Shown: positions 27,063-34,872 of the stretch, one piece after another | Layout of the letters: the number at the start of each line of letters is the position of its first letter | How positions within the stretch are numbered: position 1 is the first letter of the stretch | Source: an uncultured Stigonema sp. | GTDB lineage: Bacteria > Cyanobacteriota > Cyanobacteriia > Cyanobacteriales > Nostocaceae | Direction of reading: 5' to 3' | DNA: 38,603 nucleotides | Assembly (NCBI GenBank): GCA_964658145.1 | Contig: CAZZYE010000005.1 | Location: forward strand, 1 to 38,603 | Program-made: the position numbers and the translations under genes | Notes under the pieces: model-generated | The model's database searches: none | Seen by the model: the letters and a program-made list of their open reading frames with translations, nothing else | What the model was told of the DNA's origin: nothing

Positions 27063-27130
27063 AAAAACCCGGTTTCTTTGAATTGGGTCAAGGAAAAATT
27101 AGTCTTTCCAAGTACAGAAACCGGGTTTTT
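27063..27130 (+). terminator. terminator-like 15-bp perfect inverted repeat with U-run between NRPS 4 and NRPS 5
   Basis: AAAAACCCGGTTTCT (27063-27077) and AGAAACCGGGTTTTT (27116-27130) are exact reverse complements. The second arm runs into T6 (27126-27131). The 38-nt loop holds an inner ggaaa/tttcc pairing. The element starts 5 nt after the NRPS 4 stop codon. Confidence 0.4.
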
Positions 27131-27190
27131 TCTGCCCAATGGGTGATTAATAAACCGAGGCTTTAGCAGAATCATCAAGTGAGGTTTTTA

Positions 27191-30100
27191 ATGAAAAAGC
27201 ATATTTCCAAAGATTCTCTAACAATTAACGAGAATAACTTTGACGCCACCGAAGATGATGTCTTTGTATTCCCTGCATCTTTTGCCCAACAACGCTTGTG
27301 GTTTCTCGAACAACTGGAGGGGGGTAGTGCCACTTACAATATACCTGTGGCTTTAAGCCTGACTGGGTCGCTCCACGTCACTGCTTTAGAGCAAGCTGTA
27401 GCAGAAATTGTACAGCGTCATGAAGCTTTGCGGACTACTTTCTTGATGGTAGATGGGACTCCAGTTCAAATGATTGCACCCACCCTAACCATCACCGTAC
27501 CATTGACAGATTTGCAGTCGCTGCCAAAGAGCAAACAGTCCGATGAAGTGCAACGTTTAGCTACAGAAGAAGCACAGCGCCCTTTTGACCTAGTAAAAGG
27601 ACCCTTACTGCGCCTTACTCTCCTGCGATTGGGGCAAGAATCCCACGTGTTGTTGATCACAATGCACCACATCATCTCTGATGGTTGGTCAATTGGGATA
27701 CTCATTCAAGAGTTGTCTGTGCTTTATCAAGCCTTCTCTCAAGGAAACCCTTCCCCTTTATCAGAGTTGCCCATTCAGTATGCCGACTTTGCCCACTGGC
27801 AGCGACAGTGGCTGAGTGGGGAGGTACTGCAAGCACTACTCAACTACTGGCAGCAACAGTTAGCAAGTGCTCCACCTTTGTTGGAATTGCCCACCGACCG
27901 TCCGCGCCCACCAGTACAAACTTTTACTGGGAGTACCGAGCGCTTTCACCTCGATCAGAACTTAACACAAAAGCTACAAGTTCTCAGTCAAAAATTTGGG
28001 GTTTCCATATTTATGACCTTGCTAGCAGCTTTTGTGACTTTACTTGGACGCTACAGCGGTCAGGAGGATATTGTTGTTGGTTCACCAATTGCGAACCGAA
28101 ATCGCAGGGAGACTGAATTACTCATTGGTTTTTTTGTCAATACTCTAGTTTTGCGTACTAGCCTGCAGGGGAATCCCACATTTCAACAACTGCTTAATCG
28201 AATCAAGCAGGTGTCCCTAGATGCTTATGCTCACCAGGATTTGCCCTTTGAGCAATTAGTTGAAGCTTTACAGCCTCAACGCAATCTCAGCCACAATCCA
28301 CTGTTTCAGGCGATGTTTGTTTTGCAGAATGCACCAATGGGGATACTAGAACTGCCCGGTTTGAAGCTAACGCCATTAGAACTAGAGAACGTCACATCTA
28401 AGTTCGATTTAACCCTGTCAATGGAAGAGACTGAACAAGGCTTGGTTGGGTCTTGGGAATACAACAGTGACCTATTCGACGCTACCACGATACAGCGGAT
28501 GAGCCGACATTTCCCGACAATGCTTGAGGGGATTGTCGCCAATCCAGAGCAAAGACTTTCACAACTCCCCCTGCTCAGTGCAGATGAGCGACACCAGTTA
28601 CTACTTGAGTGGAACGACACCCAAGCAGACTATCCCCAAGATAAGTGTATTCATGAGCTATTTGAGTCGCAGGTGGAACGCACTCCAGATGCAGTCGCAG
28701 TGGTATTTGAAGACCAACAACTGACTTACGGTGAGTTGAATGCTAGAGCTAACCAACTGGCACACTATCTTTTGAGTTTGGGTGTAAAACCAGATCTACT
28801 GGTTGGTATTTGTGTAGAACGCTCCGTAGAAATGGTGGTAGGACTATTAGGAATACTCAAGGCAGGTGGAGCTTACGTGCCAGTAGACCCTGCCTATCCT
28901 CAAGAGCGCTTGAGCTACATATTGAATGATTCGCAAATACCAGTGCTATTGACACAGCAGACGTTGGTAGACAGGCTAAGTGAGCATCAAGTGCATGTAG
29001 TCTGCTTGGATACAGACTGGGGGATAATTGCACAAAAGAGTGGGGAGAATCCCGCCAGTGGTGTGCAAGTTAGTAACTTGGCTTATGTGATCTACACCTC
29101 AGGTTCTACAGGTCAGCCCAAAGGAGTTGAGGTGACCCACAAATCTGCAACCAACTTCTTAAATTTGATGCAGCAACGACCAGGACTCCTCCAGTCTGAT
29201 ATTTTCCTAGCAGTCACAACAATATCTTTTGATATTGCAGTCCTGGAAATTTACTTACCACTGATGGTAGGAGCCAAGGTGGTTCTGGTGAGCCGGGAAG
29301 TAGCAACTGATGGTAAACGGTTGAATCAGCTGCTAGTGAGTTCTGGTGCATCTGTGATGCAAGCAACACCAGCAACTTGGCATCTACTGCTAGCATCTGG
29401 GTGGGAGAGTGGCAAGAATTTCAAAGTTCTGTGTGGTGGTGAAGCTTTAACAACTGAACTGGCAAATGAACTTCTCAACAGAAGCACGTCTTTATGGAAT
29501 TTGTATGGTCCGACTGAAACCACCGTTTGGTCATCTATTTATCAAGTCGAAGCGTCCCAATCCCGATGTGGTGCCAAAGACACCCTAGTACCTATCGGTA
29601 CTCCCATCGCTAATACCCAAATCTATATCCTCGACCGCCATCTCCAACCAGTTCCTATGGGCGTTGCAGGAGAACTTCACATTGGTGGTACTGGACTTGC
29701 TCGCGGCTATCTCAATCTTCCAGGTTTGACCAGCGAGAAATTCATTCCTAATCCCTTTACTAATGAGCCAGAAGCCCGCCTCTACAAAACTGGTGATTTA
29801 GTACGTTATTTGCCAAACGGTGTTATACAGTACCTCGGACGCATCGATCATCAAGTCAAGATTCGCGGCTTCCGCATCGAACTCGGAGAAATAGAGGCTC
29901 TACTCAGCCAACACCCAGATGTGCTGCAAACAGTCGTGATTGCCCGAGAAGATGTTCCAGGCGATAAACGCTTAGTTGCTTACTTAGTCCCAGACCAAGA
30001 GCAAACACCAACAGTCAGTGACCTACATCAGTTTCTCAAGGAAAAACTGCCAGAGTACATGATACCTTCAGCATTTGTGCTGCTGGAGTCCTTTCCACTA

Positions 30101-31240
30101 ACACCTAACGGCAAGGTGGATCGTCGGGCGCTTCTCGCACCAGATATTAAACTTAATCTGGAAGCAAGTTTTCTCCCACCCCGCAACCTGCTAGAACTGC
30201 AAATGACTCACATCTGGGAAACTCTTCTAGGTGCTCACCCCATTGGAGTCCAAGACAACTTTTTTGACCTCGGTGGTCATTCCCTTTTAGCTCTTCGCTT
30301 GATGGCTCAGATTCAACAGCAGTTCGGGAAAAGTTTGCCTCTAGCCACACTTTTCCAAGGTGCAACTATTGAGTATCTGACAAGTATTCTCCAAAAGCAT
30401 TCAGATCCTCAACCCTCGTCTCCCTTAGTAGCACTTCAACCTAGTGGTAACCTGCCACCTTTCTTCTGCATCCACCCAGTTGGTGGTAACGTCTTTTGCT
30501 ATACACATTTAGCTCGTCATCTTGGCTTTGAACAACCATTTTACAGCTTGCAATCACCAGGTCTTAATGGAGAACGAGAACCCCATACATGCATTGAAGA
30601 TATGGCTGCCCACTATATTGAAGCACTACAAACTATTCAGCCCCAAGGTCCTTACCACCTTGGAGGTTGGTCGAATGGTGGTGTTGTTGCTTTTGAAATG
30701 GCGCAGCAGTTGCACGCTTGTGGGCATGAAGTTGCACTGCTAGCTTTAATAGATAGCTATGCACCTACTGCCATTGATATCACTGAAGAAATCGATGAGG
30801 CAATCTTAATCACCTCAATTGCTAGTGACTTAGGCGGTCTTTTCGGTAAGGAGTTGGTTATATCAGTCGATGAACTACAGAACCTCGAAACGGAAGAGCA
30901 ATTGAACCATATTTTAGAGCAAGCAAAAATGGTCAATATCTTGCCTCCAGAAGTTGGGCAAAAGCAGATGCGCCATCTGTTGCAAGTTTACAAAGCTAAC
31001 ATCCAAGCTATGTCTCACTATACACCCCAGCCTTACTCAGGTCCAGTGACTCTCTTCTATGCTAGCGAGCAAGTTACGGAAGTAACCGAAGAACAAATTA
31101 TCGGCTGGGGTAAGGTAGCTGTTGGCAGTATAGAAACCCACAACATTCCTGGCAACCATTACACCATTCTCCGCAAACCCCATGTTCATATTCTAGCTGA
31201 ACAGCTAAAAACTTACTTCCAGCAAACAGGGGATAAATAA
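27191..31240 (+). CDS. NRPS 5: C-A(Gly)-T-TE (termination module)
   Basis: The track frame opens at GTG 27179. GAGG (27181-27184) lies 6 nt before ATG 27191. C: HHIISDGW. A: [11 protein letters not shown], code DILQLGLVWK, which reads as Gly. T: [11 protein letters not shown]: GWSNGG (Ser codon 30671-30673), with IPGNHYTIL near the C-terminus. Confidence 0.97.
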   Translation: MKKHISKDSLTINENNFDATEDDVFVFPASFAQQRLWFLEQLEGGSATYNIPVALSLTGSLHVTALEQAVAEIVQRHEALRTTFLMVDGTPVQMIAPTLTITVPLTDLQSLPKSKQSDEVQRLATEEAQRPFDLVKGPLLRLTLLRLGQESHVLLITMHHIISDGWSIGILIQELSVLYQAFSQGNPSPLSELPIQYADFAHWQRQWLSGEVLQALLNYWQQQLASAPPLLELPTDRPRPPVQTFTGSTERFHLDQNLTQKLQVLSQKFGVSIFMTLLAAFVTLLGRYSGQEDIVVGSPIANRNRRETELLIGFFVNTLVLRTSLQGNPTFQQLLNRIKQVSLDAYAHQDLPFEQLVEALQPQRNLSHNPLFQAMFVLQNAPMGILELPGLKLTPLELENVTSKFDLTLSMEETEQGLVGSWEYNSDLFDATTIQRMSRHFPTMLEGIVANPEQRLSQLPLLSADERHQLLLEWNDTQADYPQDKCIHELFESQVERTPDAVAVVFEDQQLTYGELNARANQLAHYLLSLGVKPDLLVGICVERSVEMVVGLLGILKAGGAYVPVDPAYPQERLSYILNDSQIPVLLTQQTLVDRLSEHQVHVVCLDTDWGIIAQKSGENPASGVQVSNLAYVIYTSGSTGQPKGVEVTHKSATNFLNLMQQRPGLLQSDIFLAVTTISFDIAVLEIYLPLMVGAKVVLVSREVATDGKRLNQLLVSSGASVMQATPATWHLLLASGWESGKNFKVLCGGEALTTELANELLNRSTSLWNLYGPTETTVWSSIYQVEASQSRCGAKDTLVPIGTPIANTQIYILDRHLQPVPMGVAGELHIGGTGLARGYLNLPGLTSEKFIPNPFTNEPEARLYKTGDLVRYLPNGVIQYLGRIDHQVKIRGFRIELGEIEALLSQHPDVLQTVVIAREDVPGDKRLVAYLVPDQEQTPTVSDLHQFLKEKLPEYMIPSAFVLLESFPLTPNGKVDRRALLAPDIKLNLEASFLPPRNLLELQMTHIWETLLGAHPIGVQDNFFDLGGHSLLALRLMAQIQQQFGKSLPLATLFQGATIEYLTSILQKHSDPQPSSPLVALQPSGNLPPFFCIHPVGGNVFCYTHLARHLGFEQPFYSLQSPGLNGEREPHTCIEDMAAHYIEALQTIQPQGPYHLGGWSNGGVVAFEMAQQLHACGHEVALLALIDSYAPTAIDITEEIDEAILITSIASDLGGLFGKELVISVDELQNLETEEQLNHILEQAKMVNILPPEVGQKQMRHLLQVYKANIQAMSHYTPQPYSGPVTLFYASEQVTEVTEEQIIGWGKVAVGSIETHNIPGNHYTILRKPHVHILAEQLKTYFQQTGDK
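30430..31237 (+). other. type I thioesterase (release) domain
   Basis: [15 protein letters not shown] (oxyanion region), the GxSxG nucleophile GGWSNGG, and the C-terminal GNH motif. Confidence 0.85.
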
Positions 31241-31241
31241 G

Positions 31242-32567
31242 ATGGCAAAACGCCCTGTGGCTACTAAAATGTGGGCTTTCATTCTTATATGGTTCGGACA
31301 ACTTGTCTCCCTCTGTGGGTCTGCCCTCACTGGCTTTGCCTTGGGTGTCTGGGTTTACCAGCGCACAGGGTCAGTCACCCAATTCGCTCTCATTTCTCTG
31401 TTTGCTCAGTTACCAATGATTGTAATTTCCCCTGTCGCTGGTGTCTTTGTAGACCGATGGAACCGACGTTGGGCGATGATTCTTAGTGACTCTGGGGCTG
31501 GGCTGGGTACTTTAGCGATCGCCCTCCTCTTTGCCACTGGTCGCCTGGAAATCTGGCACATTTACCTACTGACCGCCGTCATCTCTGCGTTCAATGCCTT
31601 CCAGTGGCCAGCTTATAGCGCTGCTACCACTCTGTTAGTGCCTAAACAGCACCTAACTCGCGCTAGTGGTATGACTCAGCTAGGAGAAGCGATCGCTCAA
31701 CTCATCTCACCTATACTGGGAGGTTTGTTAGTAGTCACCATCCAGCTACAGGGCGTGATCCTGCTTGACTTCGCCACCTTCCTCTTCTCCGTGGGCACCC
31801 TGCTTTTAGTTCGGTTCCCTGAAGCCAAAACCACTACCGCAGGAATTGCAAAGAAAACTGCGTTGTTGCAAGACGCTGCTTATGGCTGGACCTACATCAT
31901 CGCCCGACCAGGATTGCTAGGACTGCTCATTTTCTTTGCTGCTAACAACTTCCTTGTAGGAGTTGTTACCGTACTATTCACACCCTTAGTGCTATCCTTT
32001 ACCTCAGCAACCGTCCTTGGCACCATCCTGTCCCTCGCAGGTCTGGGGCTGTTGGTAGGCAGTTTGGCAATAAGTACTTGGGGAGGACCGCAGCGACTGA
32101 TCTACAGTTTGTTAGGCTTTGAGTTGTTGGGTGGACTGTGCATCTTGGTTGCTGGGTTACGCACCTCCGTCCCACTTCTTGCCCTCACAGCTTTCCTGTT
32201 CTTTTTTGGCACAGCAATCATCAATAGTTGCAGTCAAACCATTTGGCAAAGAAAAGTTGCACTTGAGGTGCAGGGAAGAGTCTTTGCCATCAGACGAATG
32301 ATTGCCTGGTCATCCCAACCACTAGCGTATCTCATCGCGGGACCGTTAACTGACTGCGTGTTTGAGCCATTAATGGCACCCAAAGGTCCCTTAGCCAGCA
32401 GCATCGGACAAATCATCGGCGTTGGACCTGGTCGCGGCATTGGCTTACTGTTCATCCTCATGGGATCGCTCACCATGCTCACAACCATTGCTGCCTATCA
32501 GTATCCCCGGTTGCGGCTAGTTGAAAATGAATTACCAGATGCCATTGCTGATGAAGCTTCTGGTTAG
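31242..32567 (+). CDS. MFS transporter (EntS / 'transmembrane secretion effector'-like), putative product exporter
   Basis: ATG lies 1 nt after the NRPS 5 stop. The protein is hydrophobic throughout, with about 12 predicted TM segments. The motif GVFVDRWNRRWAMILSD is typical of MFS loop 2-3 (D-R-x-x-R-R). This family commonly sits in siderophore and NRPS clusters. Confidence 0.85.
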   Translation: MAKRPVATKMWAFILIWFGQLVSLCGSALTGFALGVWVYQRTGSVTQFALISLFAQLPMIVISPVAGVFVDRWNRRWAMILSDSGAGLGTLAIALLFATGRLEIWHIYLLTAVISAFNAFQWPAYSAATTLLVPKQHLTRASGMTQLGEAIAQLISPILGGLLVVTIQLQGVILLDFATFLFSVGTLLLVRFPEAKTTTAGIAKKTALLQDAAYGWTYIIARPGLLGLLIFFAANNFLVGVVTVLFTPLVLSFTSATVLGTILSLAGLGLLVGSLAISTWGGPQRLIYSLLGFELLGGLCILVAGLRTSVPLLALTAFLFFFGTAIINSCSQTIWQRKVALEVQGRVFAIRRMIAWSSQPLAYLIAGPLTDCVFEPLMAPKGPLASSIGQIIGVGPGRGIGLLFILMGSLTMLTTIAAYQYPRLRLVENELPDAIADEASG

Positions 32568-32678
32568 TGGTTAAGAGCAATTAACAATCAATTAATTACT
32601 AACTAGTAGCAGTTTTCATCAGAAATATTGCACTTTAAACGTACATCAAGTCAATTATACAAGAAAGTTGAAAAAACT

Positions 32679-33746
32679 ATGACACATCAATTGATGGATA
32701 TAACTTCAATCACCGATGGGATTTTAGGAACAATCGGTAATACACCATTGGTCAAATTGAACCGAGTTTTCAAAGATGCTCATTTTCAGCTTTTTGCGAA
32801 GTTGGAAATGTTTAATCCAGGAGGTAGTATCAAAGACCGTCCAGCCTTAAACATGCTAAAACATTTGTTTCTACAAGGAGATATTGGACCCGGAACTACA
32901 ATTATTGAATCCAGCTCGGGAAATTTAGGTATCGGTCTAGCGCAAGCATGTACTGTTCTTGGGTTGCATTTTATATGTGTAGTCGATCCCAAAACAACCC
33001 AACAAAATATTAACATCCTCAAAGCTTATGGAGCAGAGGTTGTTCTCGTGAGCAAACCCGACCCCATCACAGGGGATTTTTTGCCAGCTCGCATTAACCG
33101 AGTGAAATCATTGCTCGCTTCCATTCACAATAGTTTTTGGTGTAACCAGTATGCCAACTTGAATAATGCACATGCCCATCATCAGACGATGAACGAGATT
33201 GTTACGACCCTCAATGGAAAAGTTGACTACTTATTCTGCGCCACTGGTAGCTGTGGCACGCTCCGAGGCTGCGCTGAATATGTCAGAAGTCACAATCTCA
33301 ACACAAAAATTATCGCTGTAGATGCTAAAGGGAGTGTCATTTTTGGTGGTAAAAGAGGCAAACGTCTCATCCCTGGGCATGGTGCGGCGCGAGTCCCAGA
33401 GTTGTTACAGCCCGGACTAAAGGATGAACATATATATGTATCTGATTGGAATTGTGTTGTTGGTTGTCGTCATTTGCTAAGTCGGGAGGCAATATTGGCT
33501 GGAGGCTCTTCAGGGGGAGTTATAACGGCGATTGCGAAAAAAGGACATGAAATACCTAATGGTGCAATTTGTGTTGCCATTCTCTGCGATCGCGGTGAGC
33601 GCTACCTTGACACAATCTATTCAGACACTTGGGTCGAGGAACACTTCGGTAGCGTTGAATTGAACATTACACAATTACAGAATGATTTGGTAGTTCAGCT
33701 TCCTAACTCTTGTTCCAAATCATTACACCCTTATGCAAGCGTTTAA
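32679..33746 (+). CDS. sbnA: PLP-dependent cysteine-synthase-fold enzyme, SbnA-like (first step of L-2,3-diaminopropionate synthesis)
   Basis: IGNTPLVKL...KLEMFNPGGSIKDRPA (PLP lysine)...ESSSGNLG...GTGSCGT resembles Staphylococcus SbnA (VGQTPMVQL...KLEYMNPGGSMKDRPA, recalled). It is paired with an SbnB-like gene. The track frame opens at TTG 32628; the first ATG is 32679. Confidence 0.8.
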   Translation: MTHQLMDITSITDGILGTIGNTPLVKLNRVFKDAHFQLFAKLEMFNPGGSIKDRPALNMLKHLFLQGDIGPGTTIIESSSGNLGIGLAQACTVLGLHFICVVDPKTTQQNINILKAYGAEVVLVSKPDPITGDFLPARINRVKSLLASIHNSFWCNQYANLNNAHAHHQTMNEIVTTLNGKVDYLFCATGSCGTLRGCAEYVRSHNLNTKIIAVDAKGSVIFGGKRGKRLIPGHGAARVPELLQPGLKDEHIYVSDWNCVVGCRHLLSREAILAGGSSGGVITAIAKKGHEIPNGAICVAILCDRGERYLDTIYSDTWVEEHFGSVELNITQLQNDLVVQLPNSCSKSLHPYASV

Positions 33747-33782
33747 CAAAAAATTAAAGTTTTTCAACCAAAAGGATTTACT

Positions 33783-34814
33783 ATGAATCGCGATGACATA
33801 CTTTTCTTAAAAGGTGATGAGATTCTTGCGCTGTTCAAAAAATGTGAACAGGAAATACTGCAGACTGTAAAGTTAACTTATCAAATCCATGCTCAAGGTG
33901 ATAGCAGCCAACCTCATTCTAGCTTTTTGCGTTTTCCAAATAATGACAAAAATAGAATTATTGCGTTACCAGCTTACTTGGGTGGTGAGTTGAATACAGC
34001 AGGTATCAAATGGATTGCTTCTTTTCCAGATAATTTAGTTATGGGTATGGAGCGAGCCTCGGCTGTTTTAATCCTAAATTCAACACAAACGGGTCGCCCA
34101 CAAGCTATTATGGAAGCTTCTGCAATCAGTGCAAAACGCACTGCCGCTAGTGCTGCTCTCGCTGCGCATTACTTGCGAGGCGAGCAATTATTAGCTACAG
34201 TTGGAATAATTGGCTGTGGTTTGATAAATTTTGAAACCGTTCGCTTTCTCTTAGCCACTCACCCTGAAATAGAAACCTTGTTCATTTATGACTTAAGTAG
34301 GGAAAGAGCAGAACAATTCAATCGTAAATGCAAACAAATATCCACTCAATTAAAAGTGGTAATTTTGTCAGAAGCAAATGCTATTTTCCAACAGGCTTCT
34401 GTAATTTCCTTGGCGACAACCGCAAGCAAGCCACACATATTCGATATTTCCAAATGTCTTCCTGGTAGTATTATTTTGCATACTTCTCTACGAGACTTAT
34501 CACCGGAAATAATCTTATCATCTGATAACATTGTCGATGACATAGATCATGTCTGCCGTGCTCAAACATCTATTCATCTTGCGGAACAACTAACTGGTGA
34601 CAGAGATTTTATTAGAGCTACTCTTGGTGATGTGCTCAATGGCATTGCCCTAGGACAACAAGACAACAGTAAAATTACCATCTTCAGTCCTTTTGGGCTT
34701 GGCATACTCGACATCGCACTAGGGCAGTTAGCCTACAAATTAGCTATTGAGCAAAACCAAGGAACCACAATCCAATCATTCTTGCCGACTTCTTGGTTAC
34801 AACGCGAAGAATAA
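33783..34814 (+). CDS. sbnB: ornithine cyclodeaminase/mu-crystallin-family NAD-dependent enzyme, SbnB-like (second step of L-Dap synthesis)
   Basis: RIIALPAYLGGE...AGIKWIASFPDN...MERASAVLILN...AIMEASAISAKRTAA...GIIGCGLINFE closely parallels recalled SbnB (RIIAMPSHIGGE...SGIKWIGSKHDN...MERASGVIILN...AVMEASLISSMRTAA...TIIGCGLIGDK). AAAGGA RBS precedes ATG 33783. Confidence 0.82.
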   Translation: MNRDDILFLKGDEILALFKKCEQEILQTVKLTYQIHAQGDSSQPHSSFLRFPNNDKNRIIALPAYLGGELNTAGIKWIASFPDNLVMGMERASAVLILNSTQTGRPQAIMEASAISAKRTAASAALAAHYLRGEQLLATVGIIGCGLINFETVRFLLATHPEIETLFIYDLSRERAEQFNRKCKQISTQLKVVILSEANAIFQQASVISLATTASKPHIFDISKCLPGSIILHTSLRDLSPEIILSSDNIVDDIDHVCRAQTSIHLAEQLTGDRDFIRATLGDVLNGIALGQQDNSKITIFSPFGLGILDIALGQLAYKLAIEQNQGTTIQSFLPTSWLQREE

Positions 34815-34872
34815 TAAACGAAGTCAGAAGCATGTACGTCTAAGCAATTCAAAATTCAAAGTATCAAAGATA

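Noticed and set aside
27063-27130. Calling the 15-bp inverted-repeat pair a MITE
   Set aside because: A single 68-bp unit with no target-site duplication that I can see, and no second copy in the window. There is not enough evidence, so it is kept only as an alternative explanation.
2495-31301. All other short minus-strand or out-of-frame ORFs inside the NRPS genes (for example 4620-4907, 6371-6676, 22875-23210, 28306-28620, 27685-28116 +, 30522-30743 +)
   Set aside because: Each lies fully within a long frame that carries continuous NRPS core motifs, and none has motifs of its own. Such shadow ORFs are expected in long, codon-biased genes.
1485-34872. N-terminal extensions given by the ORF track (TTG 1485, GTG 1172, TTG 8265, GTG 27179, TTG 32628, TTG 34747)
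   Set aside because: In most of these cases an in-frame ATG with a better-placed Shine-Dalgarno-like sequence, or a family-typical N-terminus, lies a few codons downstream. For sbnA (32679) and the acylase (34873) the RBS is weak and the choice rests on the first ATG. The 34747 start would also overlap sbnB by 68 nt. I used the downstream ATGs, but the true starts are unverified.
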